Origin: an uncultured Lachnospiraceae bacterium
GTDB lineage: Bacteria; Bacillota; Clostridia; Lachnospirales; Lachnospiraceae
Direction: 5' to 3'
Length of the DNA stretch: 64,000 bases
NCBI GenBank assembly: GCA_900551235.1
Contig: URUU01000003.1
Coordinates: 4,308 to 68,307 of the forward strand
The notes beneath the pieces were generated by a model. That model searched no databases and was not told the DNA's origin. It saw only the letters and a program-made list of their open reading frames with translations. The position numbers were made by a program, and so were the translations under genes. Below, one piece after another: positions 9,661 to 19,527 of the stretch; position 1 is the first letter of the stretch; each line of letters starts with the position of its first letter.

Positions 9661-10080
9661 GACATGGAAATCTGTGCCGTTTCGGATTCGCTCCACAACA
9701 CGTTTTTGTCTGTCTGTTAATGGCTCTTTATAGCCGTGGTCTTTGATTGTAAATGCCGCCATCTGTCTTATTTTCCTGGCAGCATCCACTTTATAGTCCC
9801 TGACTGTCCATTCTTCTTCAGGTTTAGGATTGCGGAAATTCTGAAAGATGTAACCGAAATACTCGGTAAACGGCACATCCTTTGGGATTTCCTCACCTAT
9901 ATGTTTATACTTTTGGAGACAATCTAAATGCCGCCACATGCCTTTATCATATTGCTCAAGCTCTTTTTCTAGTTCTTTTAACTCGGCATCTGATAAATCG
10001 TCTATTTCTCTTCGGGTGTCGATTATCTCTACCGGTATGTTTTCTGTATCATTTATTTCGATTTTTTTATTTTCTTTCAT
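9628..10080 (-). CDS. Hypothetical protein
   Basis: 150-aa charged ORF with GAGAGG RBS; no motif recognised. Confidence 0.65.
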   Translation of the reverse strand: MKENKKIEINDTENIPVEIIDTRREIDDLSDAELKELEKELEQYDKGMWRHLDCLQKYKHIGEEIPKDVPFTEYFGYIFQNFRNPKPEEEWTVRDYKVDAARKIRQMAAFTIKDHGYKEPLTDRQKRVVERIRNGTDFHVSLDKIWELFK

Positions 10081-10271
10081 TATTTGATCCTCTCTTTTTT
10101 GTTTTTTTGCCTTTTTTATGTTTTGGGAGAATCATTTTTGGGAAATTGGTTTTGGGAAAAATCGCTGTTAAGGCTGCTCTATGATAGCAAAAAAGACCTT
10201 GCGGATCTGTATTTCTACAAATCTACAAGGTCAATTCTTATGCTTGGACAATTATTCTGTTGGATGGGCGT

Positions 10272-10315
10272 TTTGCCCCTTAACAGGATATTTTACTTTG
10301 CCTGTTGACAAAATC
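10272..10315. repeat. 44-bp direct repeat, copy 2, abutting the leuD stop codon
   Basis: Identical to 7781-7824; leuD TAG occupies 10316-10318. Confidence 0.97.
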
Positions 10316-10804
10316 CTAGTTCTTTCCGTTAATATAGGAGATAAGACCTTCTGCTTTGATGATCTTCTGCATAAATTCCGGGAATGCCTGTCCTTTGAAC
10401 TCGGTTCCTTTTGTGCGGTTGTAGATCATGCCGCTGTCGAAATCTACTTCTACATCATCGCCGTCCTCGATGCCTTCGGATGCTTCCTTACATTCGATGA
10501 TCGGCAGTCCGATGTTGATTGCATTGCGGTAGAAAATACGTGCAAAGGTCTCTGCGATAACACAGCTTACACCTGCTGCCTTGATCGCGATCGGTGCATG
10601 TTCTCTGGAGGAACCGCAGCCGAAGTTTTTCTCAGCTACAATGATATCTCCCTTGTGAACTTTGTTCACGAACTCTTTATCAATATCTTCCATACAATGT
10701 GTTGCCAGTTCTGCCGGATCGGAAGAATTCAGATATCTTGCCGGAATGATAACGTCGGTATCTACATTGTCTCCATATTTAAATACTTTACCATGTGCTT
10801 TCAT
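10316..10804 (-). CDS. leuD: 3-isopropylmalate dehydratase small subunit
   Basis: [41 protein letters not shown]. Confidence 0.95.
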   Translation of the reverse strand: MKAHGKVFKYGDNVDTDVIIPARYLNSSDPAELATHCMEDIDKEFVNKVHKGDIIVAEKNFGCGSSREHAPIAIKAAGVSCVIAETFARIFYRNAINIGLPIIECKEASEGIEDGDDVEVDFDSGMIYNRTKGTEFKGQAFPEFMQKIIKAEGLISYINGKN

Positions 10805-10817
10805 CTTATCTATCCTC

Positions 10818-12086
10818 CTATAATCCAAGCTCTGCAGGTGCGGAAATCTTTCCGGTCACTGCACTTGCTGCTGCAACTGCCGGGCTTGCCAGATATACTT
10901 CTGATTTTACATGTCCCATACGACCTACGAAGTTACGGTTGGTAGTTGAGATACAACGCTCGCCCTCTGCCAGGATACCCATATAACCGCCAAGGCATGG
11001 TCCACAGGTCGGTGTGCTGACAACGGCTCCTGCTTCGATGAAGATCTCAATCAGTCCCTCTCTCATGGCCTGCAGATAAATCTGCTGGGTTGCCGGGATC
11101 ACGATACAGCGGACACCTTTTTTCACTTTTCGTCCCTTTAAGATTTCTGCCGCACAACGCAGATCCTCGATACGTCCGTTTGTACAGGAACCGATCACAG
11201 ACTGATCGATCACAACATCTTCTGTGATCTCATCAATAGTCTTTGTATTCTCCGGAAGATGCGGGAATGCTACGGTTGATTTCAGAGTACTGAGGTCAAT
11301 CGTATACTCCTGTTCATATACGGCATCCTCATCTGCTTCGTATATTTTATATGGACGTTTGGAGTGTTCTTTCATATATTCAACAGTCAGGTCATCTACC
11401 GGGAAAATACCGTTCTTGCCGCCGGCTTCGATCGCCATGTTTGCAATTGTAAAACGGTCATCCATGTTCAGGTATTTGATGCCTTCGCCTGCAAATTCCA
11501 TAGATTTGTAAAGAGCTCCGTCCACACCGATCAGGCCTATAATGTGCAGGATCACATCTTTTCCGCTCACCCATTTTGCAGGTTTGCCGACCAGGTTGAA
11601 TTTGATCGCAGACGGTACTTTGAACCAGGCTTTTCCGGTTACCATACCGGCTGCCATATCGGTACTTCCGACACCGGTAGAGAATGCTCCCAGTGCTCCA
11701 TATGTACAGGTATGGGAATCTGCGCCAATGATCACATCGCCTGCTACGGTCAGTCCTTTTTCCGGAAGCAGTGCGTGTTCGATTCCCATCTCTCCTACGT
11801 CAAAATAATTGGTAATCTCATTTTTACAGGCAAATTCGCGTACACATTTGCAGTGTTCTGCAGATTTGATATCTTTATTCGGGATAAAATGATCCATTAC
11901 CAGTGCGATCTTATCCTTGTCAAATACTTTCTTTTTGTTAAACTTGTCCATCTCATGAATGGCAACCGGGGAAGTAATATCATTTCCCAGTACCAGATCC
12001 AGATCTGCCTCGATCAACTGACCGGCTTCTACACTTGGCAATCCTGCATGAGCTGCAAGAATTTTCTGTGTCATCGTCATTCCCAT
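10818..12086 (-). CDS. leuC: 3-isopropylmalate dehydratase large subunit
   Basis: [24 protein letters not shown] and [12 protein letters not shown] aconitase-family motifs. Confidence 0.95.
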   Translation of the reverse strand: MGMTMTQKILAAHAGLPSVEAGQLIEADLDLVLGNDITSPVAIHEMDKFNKKKVFDKDKIALVMDHFIPNKDIKSAEHCKCVREFACKNEITNYFDVGEMGIEHALLPEKGLTVAGDVIIGADSHTCTYGALGAFSTGVGSTDMAAGMVTGKAWFKVPSAIKFNLVGKPAKWVSGKDVILHIIGLIGVDGALYKSMEFAGEGIKYLNMDDRFTIANMAIEAGGKNGIFPVDDLTVEYMKEHSKRPYKIYEADEDAVYEQEYTIDLSTLKSTVAFPHLPENTKTIDEITEDVVIDQSVIGSCTNGRIEDLRCAAEILKGRKVKKGVRCIVIPATQQIYLQAMREGLIEIFIEAGAVVSTPTCGPCLGGYMGILAEGERCISTTNRNFVGRMGHVKSEVYLASPAVAAASAVTGKISAPAELGL

Positions 12087-12187
12087 GTCTTGTTTCCTCC
12101 TCATTCTCGTGTTTCATGCAGAAACTCTTTTTTCTGCATACTCCGGAATTGAAAACCCACCTTTTGCGAGTTTTAAACCTGTTTTTT

Positions 12188-12216
12188 ATCATAGCATAAA
12201 TATTGGTAAATTACAA
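12188..12216 (-). promoter_or_regulatory. Sigma-A promoter for leuCD
   Basis: TTGTAA-17 bp-TATGAT with TG extension. Confidence 0.55.
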
Positions 12217-12431
12217 GAATGTGACAAAGCACATTCTTGTACCTGCAGCGGTTGCTTGCGATATCTGCCTTGTATTACGCAGTGTGCATCCTCGCGGAGC
12301 ATTTTTCATTTACCCGAAAATAATTTTCGATAAAGGAAAAAAGATGCCGCCCATTGATACAGGTGACACCTTTCTTTATACTTATCTGAAAATATCTGAA
12401 AGTGCTCTTTTAAAAAGGCATCACAGACATC

Positions 12432-13820
12432 TTATTTATTGCTCAGGAATTCATGGATACCTTTTGCTGCTGCTTTACCTGCACCCATAGCCAGGATAAC
12501 GGTAGCTGCTCCGGTAACGGCATCTCCACCTGCATATACACCATCTTTTGATGTTTTTCCGGTTTCTTCATCTGCAATAATACATTTTCTCTTATTGACA
12601 TCCAGACCGATGGTCGTAGAAGAAATCAGCGGGTTCGGTGAAGTTCCAAGAGACATGATAACCGTATCTACATCCAGGACAAATTCAGATCCCGGGATTT
12701 CTACCGGTCTTCTTCTTCCGGAAGCATCCGGCTCACCCAGCTCCATACGGATACATTTCATGCCTGCTACTGCATCGTTCTCGTCTACCAGGATTTCCGT
12801 TGGGTTAGTCAGCAGATCGAAGATGATGCCTTCTTCTTTTGCGTGATGTACTTCTTCTGCACGTGCAGGAAGTTCTGCTTCACTTCTTCTGTATACGATA
12901 TGTACTTCTGCACCAAGACGAAGAGCGGTTCTTGCAGCATCCATTGCTACGTTTCCGCCGCCGACAACGGCTACTTTCCTGCCGTGTACGATCGGTGTAT
13001 CGTAATCTTCAAGGAATGCTTTCATCAGGTTGTTTCTTGTCAGGTACTCGTTTGCAGAGAATACACCTTTTGCAGTTTCACCAGGGATTCCCATGAACAT
13101 CGGCAGACCTGCACCGGAACCGATAAATACTGCTTCAAATCCTTCTTCCTCCATCAGTTCATCGATGGTGATGGAACGTCCGATGATAACGTTTGTCTCA
13201 ATCTTAACACCAAGTGCTTTTACGTTTTCTACTTCTTTTGCAACAACATCCAGTTTTGGAAGACGGAATTCCGGGATACCATATACCAGTACACCGCCTG
13301 CCTCATGCAGTGCTTCGAATATGGTTACATCATAACCCAATTTTGCCAGATCACCTGCACAGGTCAGACCGGATGGGCCGGAACCGATGACAGCGACTTT
13401 TTTGCCGTTCTTTTCTGCAGGAGCTGCCGGACGGATACCGTTCTGCCTTGCCCAGTCAGCTACAAAACGCTCCAGCTTTCCGATGGAAACGGCTTCGCCT
13501 TTGATACCGCGGATACATTTTCCTTCGCACTGGCTTTCCTGAGGACATACACGGCCGCAGATCGCAGGAAGTGCACTGGACTCAGAGATGATCTGATATG
13601 CTTTTTCGAAGTTTCCTTCTTTTACTTCATGTACAAATGCAGGGATATTAATAGATACCGGACATCCCTGCATACATTTTGCATTTTTACAGTTGATGCA
13701 GCGGGAAGCTTCTTCCATTGCTTCTTCTGCATTATATCCAAGACAGACCTCGTCAAAATTGGCTGCTCTTACTTTTGGTGCCTGTTCTCTTACAGGAACT
13801 TTCTTTAATACATCTGCCAT
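12432..13820 (-). CDS. nfnB: Electron-bifurcating transhydrogenase large subunit (NfnB/SudA; glutamate synthase beta-like)
   Basis: RCINC...CPV and CGRVCPQESQC Fe-S motifs, GSGPSG and GGGNVAMD nucleotide motifs; coupled to the nfnA-like gene; no gltB nearby. Confidence 0.85.
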   Translation of the reverse strand: MADVLKKVPVREQAPKVRAANFDEVCLGYNAEEAMEEASRCINCKNAKCMQGCPVSINIPAFVHEVKEGNFEKAYQIISESSALPAICGRVCPQESQCEGKCIRGIKGEAVSIGKLERFVADWARQNGIRPAAPAEKNGKKVAVIGSGPSGLTCAGDLAKLGYDVTIFEALHEAGGVLVYGIPEFRLPKLDVVAKEVENVKALGVKIETNVIIGRSITIDELMEEEGFEAVFIGSGAGLPMFMGIPGETAKGVFSANEYLTRNNLMKAFLEDYDTPIVHGRKVAVVGGGNVAMDAARTALRLGAEVHIVYRRSEAELPARAEEVHHAKEEGIIFDLLTNPTEILVDENDAVAGMKCIRMELGEPDASGRRRPVEIPGSEFVLDVDTVIMSLGTSPNPLISSTTIGLDVNKRKCIIADEETGKTSKDGVYAGGDAVTGAATVILAMGAGKAAAKGIHEFLSNK

Positions 13821-14710
13821 TATTTGTCACCTCCGCAATTTCCACATCCACCATGATGTGTGTCACCTTCACGCAGCTTCAGAAGTGCACGTCCCTCTTC
13901 TGTCTTGTAAAGAGTCTGTCTCTTCATTGCCACATCAAAATCAATCTTATGACCGTCAAATTCCGGACCGTCTACGCAGGCAAATTTTACTTCATCGCCT
14001 ACCATAACACGACAGGCTCCGCACATACCGGTACCGTCTACCATGATCGGGTTCATGCTGACAACAGTCGGGATGTTCAGTTTCTTTGTGGTCAGGCAGC
14101 AGAATTTCATCATGATCATCGGACCGATCGCTACGCAGTGATCATATACTTTTCCTTCTTTTGTTACCAGATCTTCGATCACTTTTGTTACCATACCGCT
14201 TCTTCCGTAAGAACCGTCATCTGTAGTAACGTAGAGGTTGCCTGCTACTTTGGAAAGTTCTTTTTCCAGGATAACCAGATCTTTTGTCTTTGCACCGACA
14301 ATAACATCCGCATCAATGCCGTGCTCATGCAGCCATTTCACCTGTGGATATACCGGTGCGGTACCTACACCACCAGCTACAAAAAGGATCTTTTTCTTTT
14401 TTACTTCTTCGAGCGGCTCTGTGCACAGGTCAGATGGCTGTCCCAGAGGACCTACAAAATCACGGAAAGTATCTCCTGCCTTCAGTGTGGTAAATTTTTC
14501 TGTGGATGCTCCGATCGGCTGAAATACGATGGTGACTGTACCGGCTTCTCTGTCATAGTCACAAATAGTCAGTGGGATACGCTCACCGACTTCATCCATT
14601 TTTACGATGATAAACTGTCCAGGCAGACAATGCTTTGCAACACGCGGAGCTTCTACGACCATCTCATAGATATTGCCTGCAAGTTTTCCTGCTTTTAAAA
14701 TCTTGTACAT
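13820..14710 (-). CDS. nfnA: Electron-bifurcating transhydrogenase small subunit (NfnA/SudB)
   Basis: ERIPLTI, GPLG, AGGVG and MVDGTGMCGACR...CVDGPEFD [2Fe-2S] motif. Confidence 0.88.
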   Translation of the reverse strand: MYKILKAGKLAGNIYEMVVEAPRVAKHCLPGQFIIVKMDEVGERIPLTICDYDREAGTVTIVFQPIGASTEKFTTLKAGDTFRDFVGPLGQPSDLCTEPLEEVKKKKILFVAGGVGTAPVYPQVKWLHEHGIDADVIVGAKTKDLVILEKELSKVAGNLYVTTDDGSYGRSGMVTKVIEDLVTKEGKVYDHCVAIGPMIMMKFCCLTTKKLNIPTVVSMNPIMVDGTGMCGACRVMVGDEVKFACVDGPEFDGHKIDFDVAMKRQTLYKTEEGRALLKLREGDTHHGGCGNCGGDK

Positions 14711-14832
14711 ATCATACCTCCATATTTTTTGTTTTATAAAAACACACCTGACTGTGTTTTTTGTATACAGTCGCAAGGATTCTACAAAACACTACATTAA
14801 AGTATAAAACAATCCCCCAAAAATTTCAATAC

Positions 14833-17490
14833 TTATTGCCCCTGCTCAAGATAATTTTCGAACTGTTCCATACTCATCAGTACTTTTCTTGGCTTGGTTC
14901 CTTCTTCCGGACCGACAACACCGGCATCCGAAAGCTGATCCATGATGCGCGCCGCCCGGTTAAAACCGATCTTGAACATACGCTGGAGCATGCCGATCGA
15001 TGCTTTGTCTTTCTCAATGATAAATTTTCCGGCATCCGTAAAATATTCGTCCACATCACTTCCACCGTTTCTGGTATCCTGCACTGCCTGTACCACTTTG
15101 GACATCTGCTCCTGCATTTCTGCATGGTATGTTTCAGCCGTATTCTGATCTGTCAGAAATTCGACTACTTTTTCCACTTCCTTATCTGTCACAAAAGCAC
15201 CCTGCAGTCTTGCCGGCTTCTGGTAATTCTGCGGATAAAACAGCATATCACCTTTTCCAAGCAGCTTCTCTGCTCCGTTCATATCCAGGATTGTCCTGGA
15301 ATCCACACCGGAGGATGCCTTAAATGCAATCCTTGACGGCATATTTGCTTTGATCAGGCCGGTAATAACATTGACAGACGGTCTCTGTGTAGCCAGGATC
15401 AGATGCAGACCGGCTGCACGGGCAAGCTGTGCCAGACGGCAGACCGCATCTTCTACTTCTCCTGGAGCTACCATCATCAGATCTGCAAGCTCGTCTACGA
15501 TGATCACGATCTGCGGCAGCTTTTTCATTTCGGTGGTGCGCTGTTCCTGTGGAATTTCTTCCAGTTTTTTGTTATATCCCTTCAGGTCACGTACACCGAA
15601 CATGGCAAATTTCTGATACCGCTCTGTCATCTCCGTTACCGCCCAGTTCAGCGCACCCGCCGCCTTTTTCGGATCCGTAACAACCGGAATAAACAGATGC
15701 GGGATTCCGTTGTAAACGCTTAACTCCACCACTTTCGGATCGATCATGATCAGCTTGACATCCTCTGGCGAAGATTTGTAGATCAGACTCATGATGATCG
15801 TATTGACACAGACCGATTTACCGGATCCGGTCGCACCGGCGATCAGAAGATGGGGCATCTTTGCAATATCTGCCACCACGATCTTGCCAGCCAGGTCTTT
15901 TCCGACTGCAATAGAAAGATGGGAGGAAGCTTCCTGAAATTCTCTGGACTCCAGAAGCTCTCTTAAATAGACCCCGCTGCTCTCTTTGTTGGGAACTTCA
16001 ATACCAACGGCTGCCTTTCCCGGTATCGGTGCTTCGATACGGATATCCTCTGCTGCCAGATTCAGCTTGATGTCATCTGCCAGGTTGACGATACGACTGA
16101 CTTTCACACCCTGTTCCGGAGTCAGTTCGTAGCGGGTAACGGACGGGCCGCAGCTCACATTCGTCACATGTGCTTCCACACCGAAACTGTGTAGTGTATT
16201 CTGCAGTTTCTGTGCTGTGTTTTTCAGAAGCTCACTGCTGTTTCCGTTTTTATTTTTCTTAGGAAGTCCAAGCATCTCCATCGGTGGAAATATATATTCC
16301 GGTTTCTGCATTTTTTCTGCAGCCTCAATTTCTTCGCTGACACTTTCAAGCTGCGCTTTCTGCTCGCTCGCAGAAGAACGCGGATTTTTCTTATTTTTCT
16401 CTGGTTTTTCTGCCTGTACCTCTTCTGCTCCTTCCGCAGGCAAAGACACCTGTTCTTCCGGATTGGATGCTTTTTCCTCTTTATGTGGAAGTTCTGAAAC
16501 AATTTCTTCTTCCAGAACCGTTTCTTCTGGTTCTTCCAGTCCTTCGATTGAAAAATGCTCCATAAAATCAAATACCGGTCCGTTCTCCGTTCTTTTCGGT
16601 TCTTTTGGTGCTTCTTCCTGCACTTCTTCTGTTTTCTGTGGAATTTCCATCTGTGACATTGACGCAGAAGCAGAGGATGGCTGCAGATCTGTCTGGAAAG
16701 TCACACCGGAAGCTTTATGATCCATACGACGCTGTTTTTCTTCTTCGAATACCTCTTTGCGATGCAAAAAGGCCTCCTGTTCCCGAAGAAGCTTCTGTTC
16801 CCGATATAAGGTCTGCTCCTCTCTGCGAAGTCTCGCCTGCTCCATCCTGCGTCTCGCATCCGCTTTTGCAGATACATAAACGCGCTCACTTCCTTTTTGT
16901 ACACCACGAAACAGAGAACGTTCTGTAATCAGGATCATCGAAACGATCACCAGAGCGATCACTGCCACATAGGAGCCGACTATTCCAATCGACGGGCAGA
17001 GCAGCTTACAGAACATGCCACCAACAATCCCGCCTCCGGTATGTTCTTCCATACTGTAACGATAATACTCCAGCAGTGTTTTATGCTTATCAAATCCGTT
17101 GATCAGTTCACTGAAAATCGTAAGTGCCAGAAATAAGAGCAAAAAGCCACTCATTTTCACCCACATGATCCGCGTTTTCCGGTTTGAGATTGCAAAAGCC
17201 ACACCGAAAAACAGTGCAAACGGGAAAAGATATGCCAGAATACCAAAAGTGCCCATAAAAAAGTGGCTGACTGCATTTCCCAGAAAGCCGCCAAATCCAA
17301 AATTGCTGATCAGGATCAGAATGGAAAGTGCCAGTATCAGCCAGAGTGCAATCTCCTCCCCCATGGAAATCTTCGCTTCTTCTATCTGCTCCTGTTTTTT
17401 TGTTGTTTTTTTGATCTTACCGGATTTCGTTTTTGTTTCCAACCCGGAAGACCTCCTGCTGTTTTTTGCAGGATTCCTTTTTTCTGCCAT
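14833..17490 (-). CDS. ftsK: DNA translocase FtsK/SpoIIIE
   Basis: N-terminal TM helices, acidic linker, PHLLIAGATGSGKS, DELADLM, ATQRPS, C-terminal gamma domain. Confidence 0.95.
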   Translation of the reverse strand: MAEKRNPAKNSRRSSGLETKTKSGKIKKTTKKQEQIEEAKISMGEEIALWLILALSILILISNFGFGGFLGNAVSHFFMGTFGILAYLFPFALFFGVAFAISNRKTRIMWVKMSGFLLLFLALTIFSELINGFDKHKTLLEYYRYSMEEHTGGGIVGGMFCKLLCPSIGIVGSYVAVIALVIVSMILITERSLFRGVQKGSERVYVSAKADARRRMEQARLRREEQTLYREQKLLREQEAFLHRKEVFEEEKQRRMDHKASGVTFQTDLQPSSASASMSQMEIPQKTEEVQEEAPKEPKRTENGPVFDFMEHFSIEGLEEPEETVLEEEIVSELPHKEEKASNPEEQVSLPAEGAEEVQAEKPEKNKKNPRSSASEQKAQLESVSEEIEAAEKMQKPEYIFPPMEMLGLPKKNKNGNSSELLKNTAQKLQNTLHSFGVEAHVTNVSCGPSVTRYELTPEQGVKVSRIVNLADDIKLNLAAEDIRIEAPIPGKAAVGIEVPNKESSGVYLRELLESREFQEASSHLSIAVGKDLAGKIVVADIAKMPHLLIAGATGSGKSVCVNTIIMSLIYKSSPEDVKLIMIDPKVVELSVYNGIPHLFIPVVTDPKKAAGALNWAVTEMTERYQKFAMFGVRDLKGYNKKLEEIPQEQRTTEMKKLPQIVIIVDELADLMMVAPGEVEDAVCRLAQLARAAGLHLILATQRPSVNVITGLIKANMPSRIAFKASSGVDSRTILDMNGAEKLLGKGDMLFYPQNYQKPARLQGAFVTDKEVEKVVEFLTDQNTAETYHAEMQEQMSKVVQAVQDTRNGGSDVDEYFTDAGKFIIEKDKASIGMLQRMFKIGFNRAARIMDQLSDAGVVGPEEGTKPRKVLMSMEQFENYLEQGQ

Positions 17491-17526
17491 AAATAGTAAT
17501 ACTCCCTTCTGCATGGCAAGGGTGCA

Positions 17527-17563
17527 AAAAACTGTTACAGTTTCTGTGCCGTAACAGTTTTTT
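17527..17563 (-). terminator. Probable intrinsic terminator after uppP
   Basis: AAAAACTGTTAC...GTAACAGTTTTTT inverted repeat. Confidence 0.6.
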
Positions 17564-17570
17564 GTCTATC

Positions 17571-18446
17571 CTATACGAAAAAGTTTGCTATGATCGCGAT
17601 CACGCCTACTGCAAAACAATATATCGCAAATCCCTTAAATTTCTTTTTGCGTACAACCGCAAGCATGGTTTTGATGCATATATATCCGACACATCCAGCC
17701 ACAACTGCTCCGATCAGTCCATTTAGAACAATGCCGCCTGAAATCCCTTCGCTTCCGATATCCTTAATCTCAACCAGTGCCGCCCCAAGGATCGCCGGTA
17801 TCGACATAATAAAAGAATATCTTACTGCGAATCTTCTGTCATATCCGCTCATCATGCAGGCTGCAATCGTGGTTCCTGAACGGGAAAGCCCCGGCAATGT
17901 CGCACATCCCTGTGCTGCTCCGATCAGAAAACCGCTTCCGTAACTGATATCTCTTGGTATCTTTTTTCCATCCGGTGCCATCTCTGAAACGATCAGGAGA
18001 ATCGATGTAAGGATCAGGCCGATGCCCGGCACGATCAGAGTCGCACTCGCCTTTTCTACCAGATGTCTTCCCATATATCCGATCACACCGGTCGGTATCG
18101 TCGATACCAGAACCAGCACTACAAATTTACGATAATTATTTTTCACAATCCTGCGATAACGCAATGCACTGTAACTGCGCTGGTTCTGAATATAACTTTT
18201 CAGATTGTAAATAATATCCCTGCACATATTCAGTGTCTCTATGATCATCCTCAGAATATCCTTCCGGTATACGACAAAAATCGCTGCCAGTGTTCCAAGA
18301 TGAAGCATAACGTCAAAAAACAGTCCTCCCTCTGTCTCGATATGAAATATATTTTGAATGATCGCCAGATGCCCGGAGCTGCTGACCGGTAAAAATTCGG
18401 CAATCCCCTGCACAATACCCAATATTATCGCCTGTATAATTGACAT
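17571..18446 (-). CDS. uppP: Undecaprenyl-diphosphate phosphatase
   Basis: QGIAEFLPVSSSGH and PGLSRSGTT motifs. Confidence 0.95.
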   Translation of the reverse strand: MSIIQAIILGIVQGIAEFLPVSSSGHLAIIQNIFHIETEGGLFFDVMLHLGTLAAIFVVYRKDILRMIIETLNMCRDIIYNLKSYIQNQRSYSALRYRRIVKNNYRKFVVLVLVSTIPTGVIGYMGRHLVEKASATLIVPGIGLILTSILLIVSEMAPDGKKIPRDISYGSGFLIGAAQGCATLPGLSRSGTTIAACMMSGYDRRFAVRYSFIMSIPAILGAALVEIKDIGSEGISGGIVLNGLIGAVVAGCVGYICIKTMLAVVRKKKFKGFAIYCFAVGVIAIIANFFV

Positions 18447-18668
18447 ATTAACCTCCCGTACCGCATCCTGCGCGGTTTTATCGAACTTTTTAGATTATAT
18501 CATACTTTCCCGCAAGTTACAAATACTTATTTTGTGATTTCCAGAATCTATATTTTAACGGAATGTTCGCAATTTCTTCACGAAGCCATGCTATAATAAA
18601 ATATTATCAGATATCGAATAACACTATTTTCATCTCAACATGAGGCATACGAAAGGAGGTACTTCTTT

Positions 18669-19385
18669 ATGGATACTTTACATATAGCTGTGTGTGACAA
18701 CCACGTTGCATCCCTGACTTTTATCACCAGTGAAATCACAAAATATATCATGAATATGAACGTTCAGGCAGATATTTCTTCTTTCCGTTCCAGCGAGGAC
18801 GTTATGCGCCGGGTATCGGAAGGCGATTTTTTTGACCTGTACATCCTGAATATTGAAATGCCAAGGCTGGACGGTATTACGCTTGCGCTGCAGATTCGAA
18901 ATCATCAGAAAAATCCTGTTATCATTTTTGTGTCTGCCCGGGAAGAGTATGTTTTTGATTCCTTCAAAGCGCATCCTTACAGTTTTGTACGTAAAGATCA
19001 TTTTCATGAAGACCTGAGTTCCACCCTGAAGGCTTTTATGCTGGAGTATCATAAAAGGGAAGATACTTTTCTTTATATTCTGCGCACCGCCGATTCCATC
19101 CACAAACTGAATCTTCATCAGATTCTGTATATTGAATGTTCGGACCCTGAACATATTCTGATCCACCGAAACGATGGAACCATACGCCGCATCCGTTACC
19201 CTATGGATCAGTTGGAATGTGAACTTGTCCATTATGATTTCATACGAAGCAGTAAAGTCTGTCTGGTAAATTGTATTTATATTTTCCTTATAAATAATAA
19301 CTGTCTGGAGCTGGATAACGGATCTTCTCTCCCCATCGATGCACCATATCTTTCTGCCCTGCAAGAAAAATTTGGTGATTTCTGA
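18669..19385 (+). CDS. LytTR-family response regulator with atypical receiver domain
   Basis: REC-like N-terminus (IAVCD..., IEMPRLDG, IIFVS) plus LytTR-like C-terminus (ILYIEC, FIR...LVN); AAAGGAGG RBS. Confidence 0.88.
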   Translation: MDTLHIAVCDNHVASLTFITSEITKYIMNMNVQADISSFRSSEDVMRRVSEGDFFDLYILNIEMPRLDGITLALQIRNHQKNPVIIFVSAREEYVFDSFKAHPYSFVRKDHFHEDLSSTLKAFMLEYHKREDTFLYILRTADSIHKLNLHQILYIECSDPEHILIHRNDGTIRRIRYPMDQLECELVHYDFIRSSKVCLVNCIYIFLINNNCLELDNGSSLPIDAPYLSALQEKFGDF

Positions 19386-19386
19386 T

Positions 19387-19527
19387 TCAGCAGCAAAACA
19401 TAAAATATCCAAGCAGCAGCAGACCAAAAATGAAGACAATGGATACAAAAACATTAGGCATAAAAAATGCAATGGTCATGCCGAATGCGATCCAGAATAA
19501 GGTATAACCGATCAGACGTTTCATCAT
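19387..19527 (-). CDS. Small two-helix membrane protein (46 aa)
   Basis: Manual translation MMKRLIGYTLFWIAFGMTIAFFMPNVFVSIVFIFGLLLLGYFMFCC; shorter than any ORF in the supplied track. Confidence 0.7.
   Translation of the reverse strand: MMKRLIGYTLFWIAFGMTIAFFMPNVFVSIVFIFGLLLLGYFMFCC

Larger units (their letters stand above)
7560..10315. mobile_element. AT-rich accessory insert or decayed integrated element(s); no integrase visible
   Basis: Visibly more AT-rich than the flanks; carries nuclease, TA-like and orphan genes; 44-bp exact repeat at 7781 and 10272; begins right after the leuD stop codon. Confidence 0.6.

Noticed and set aside
7781..10315. CRISPR array or integron attC array
   Set aside because: Only two full copies 2.5 kb apart, no regular spacers, and no cas or integron integrase gene in the window
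12378..12404. CodY box upstream of leuC
   Set aside because: 3-4 mismatches to AATTTTCWGAAAATT in AT-rich DNA and ~170 bp from the predicted promoter; too weak
12432..13820. Glutamate synthase small subunit (gltD)
   Set aside because: Paired with an NfnA/SudB-like gene and no large subunit; NfnAB fits better
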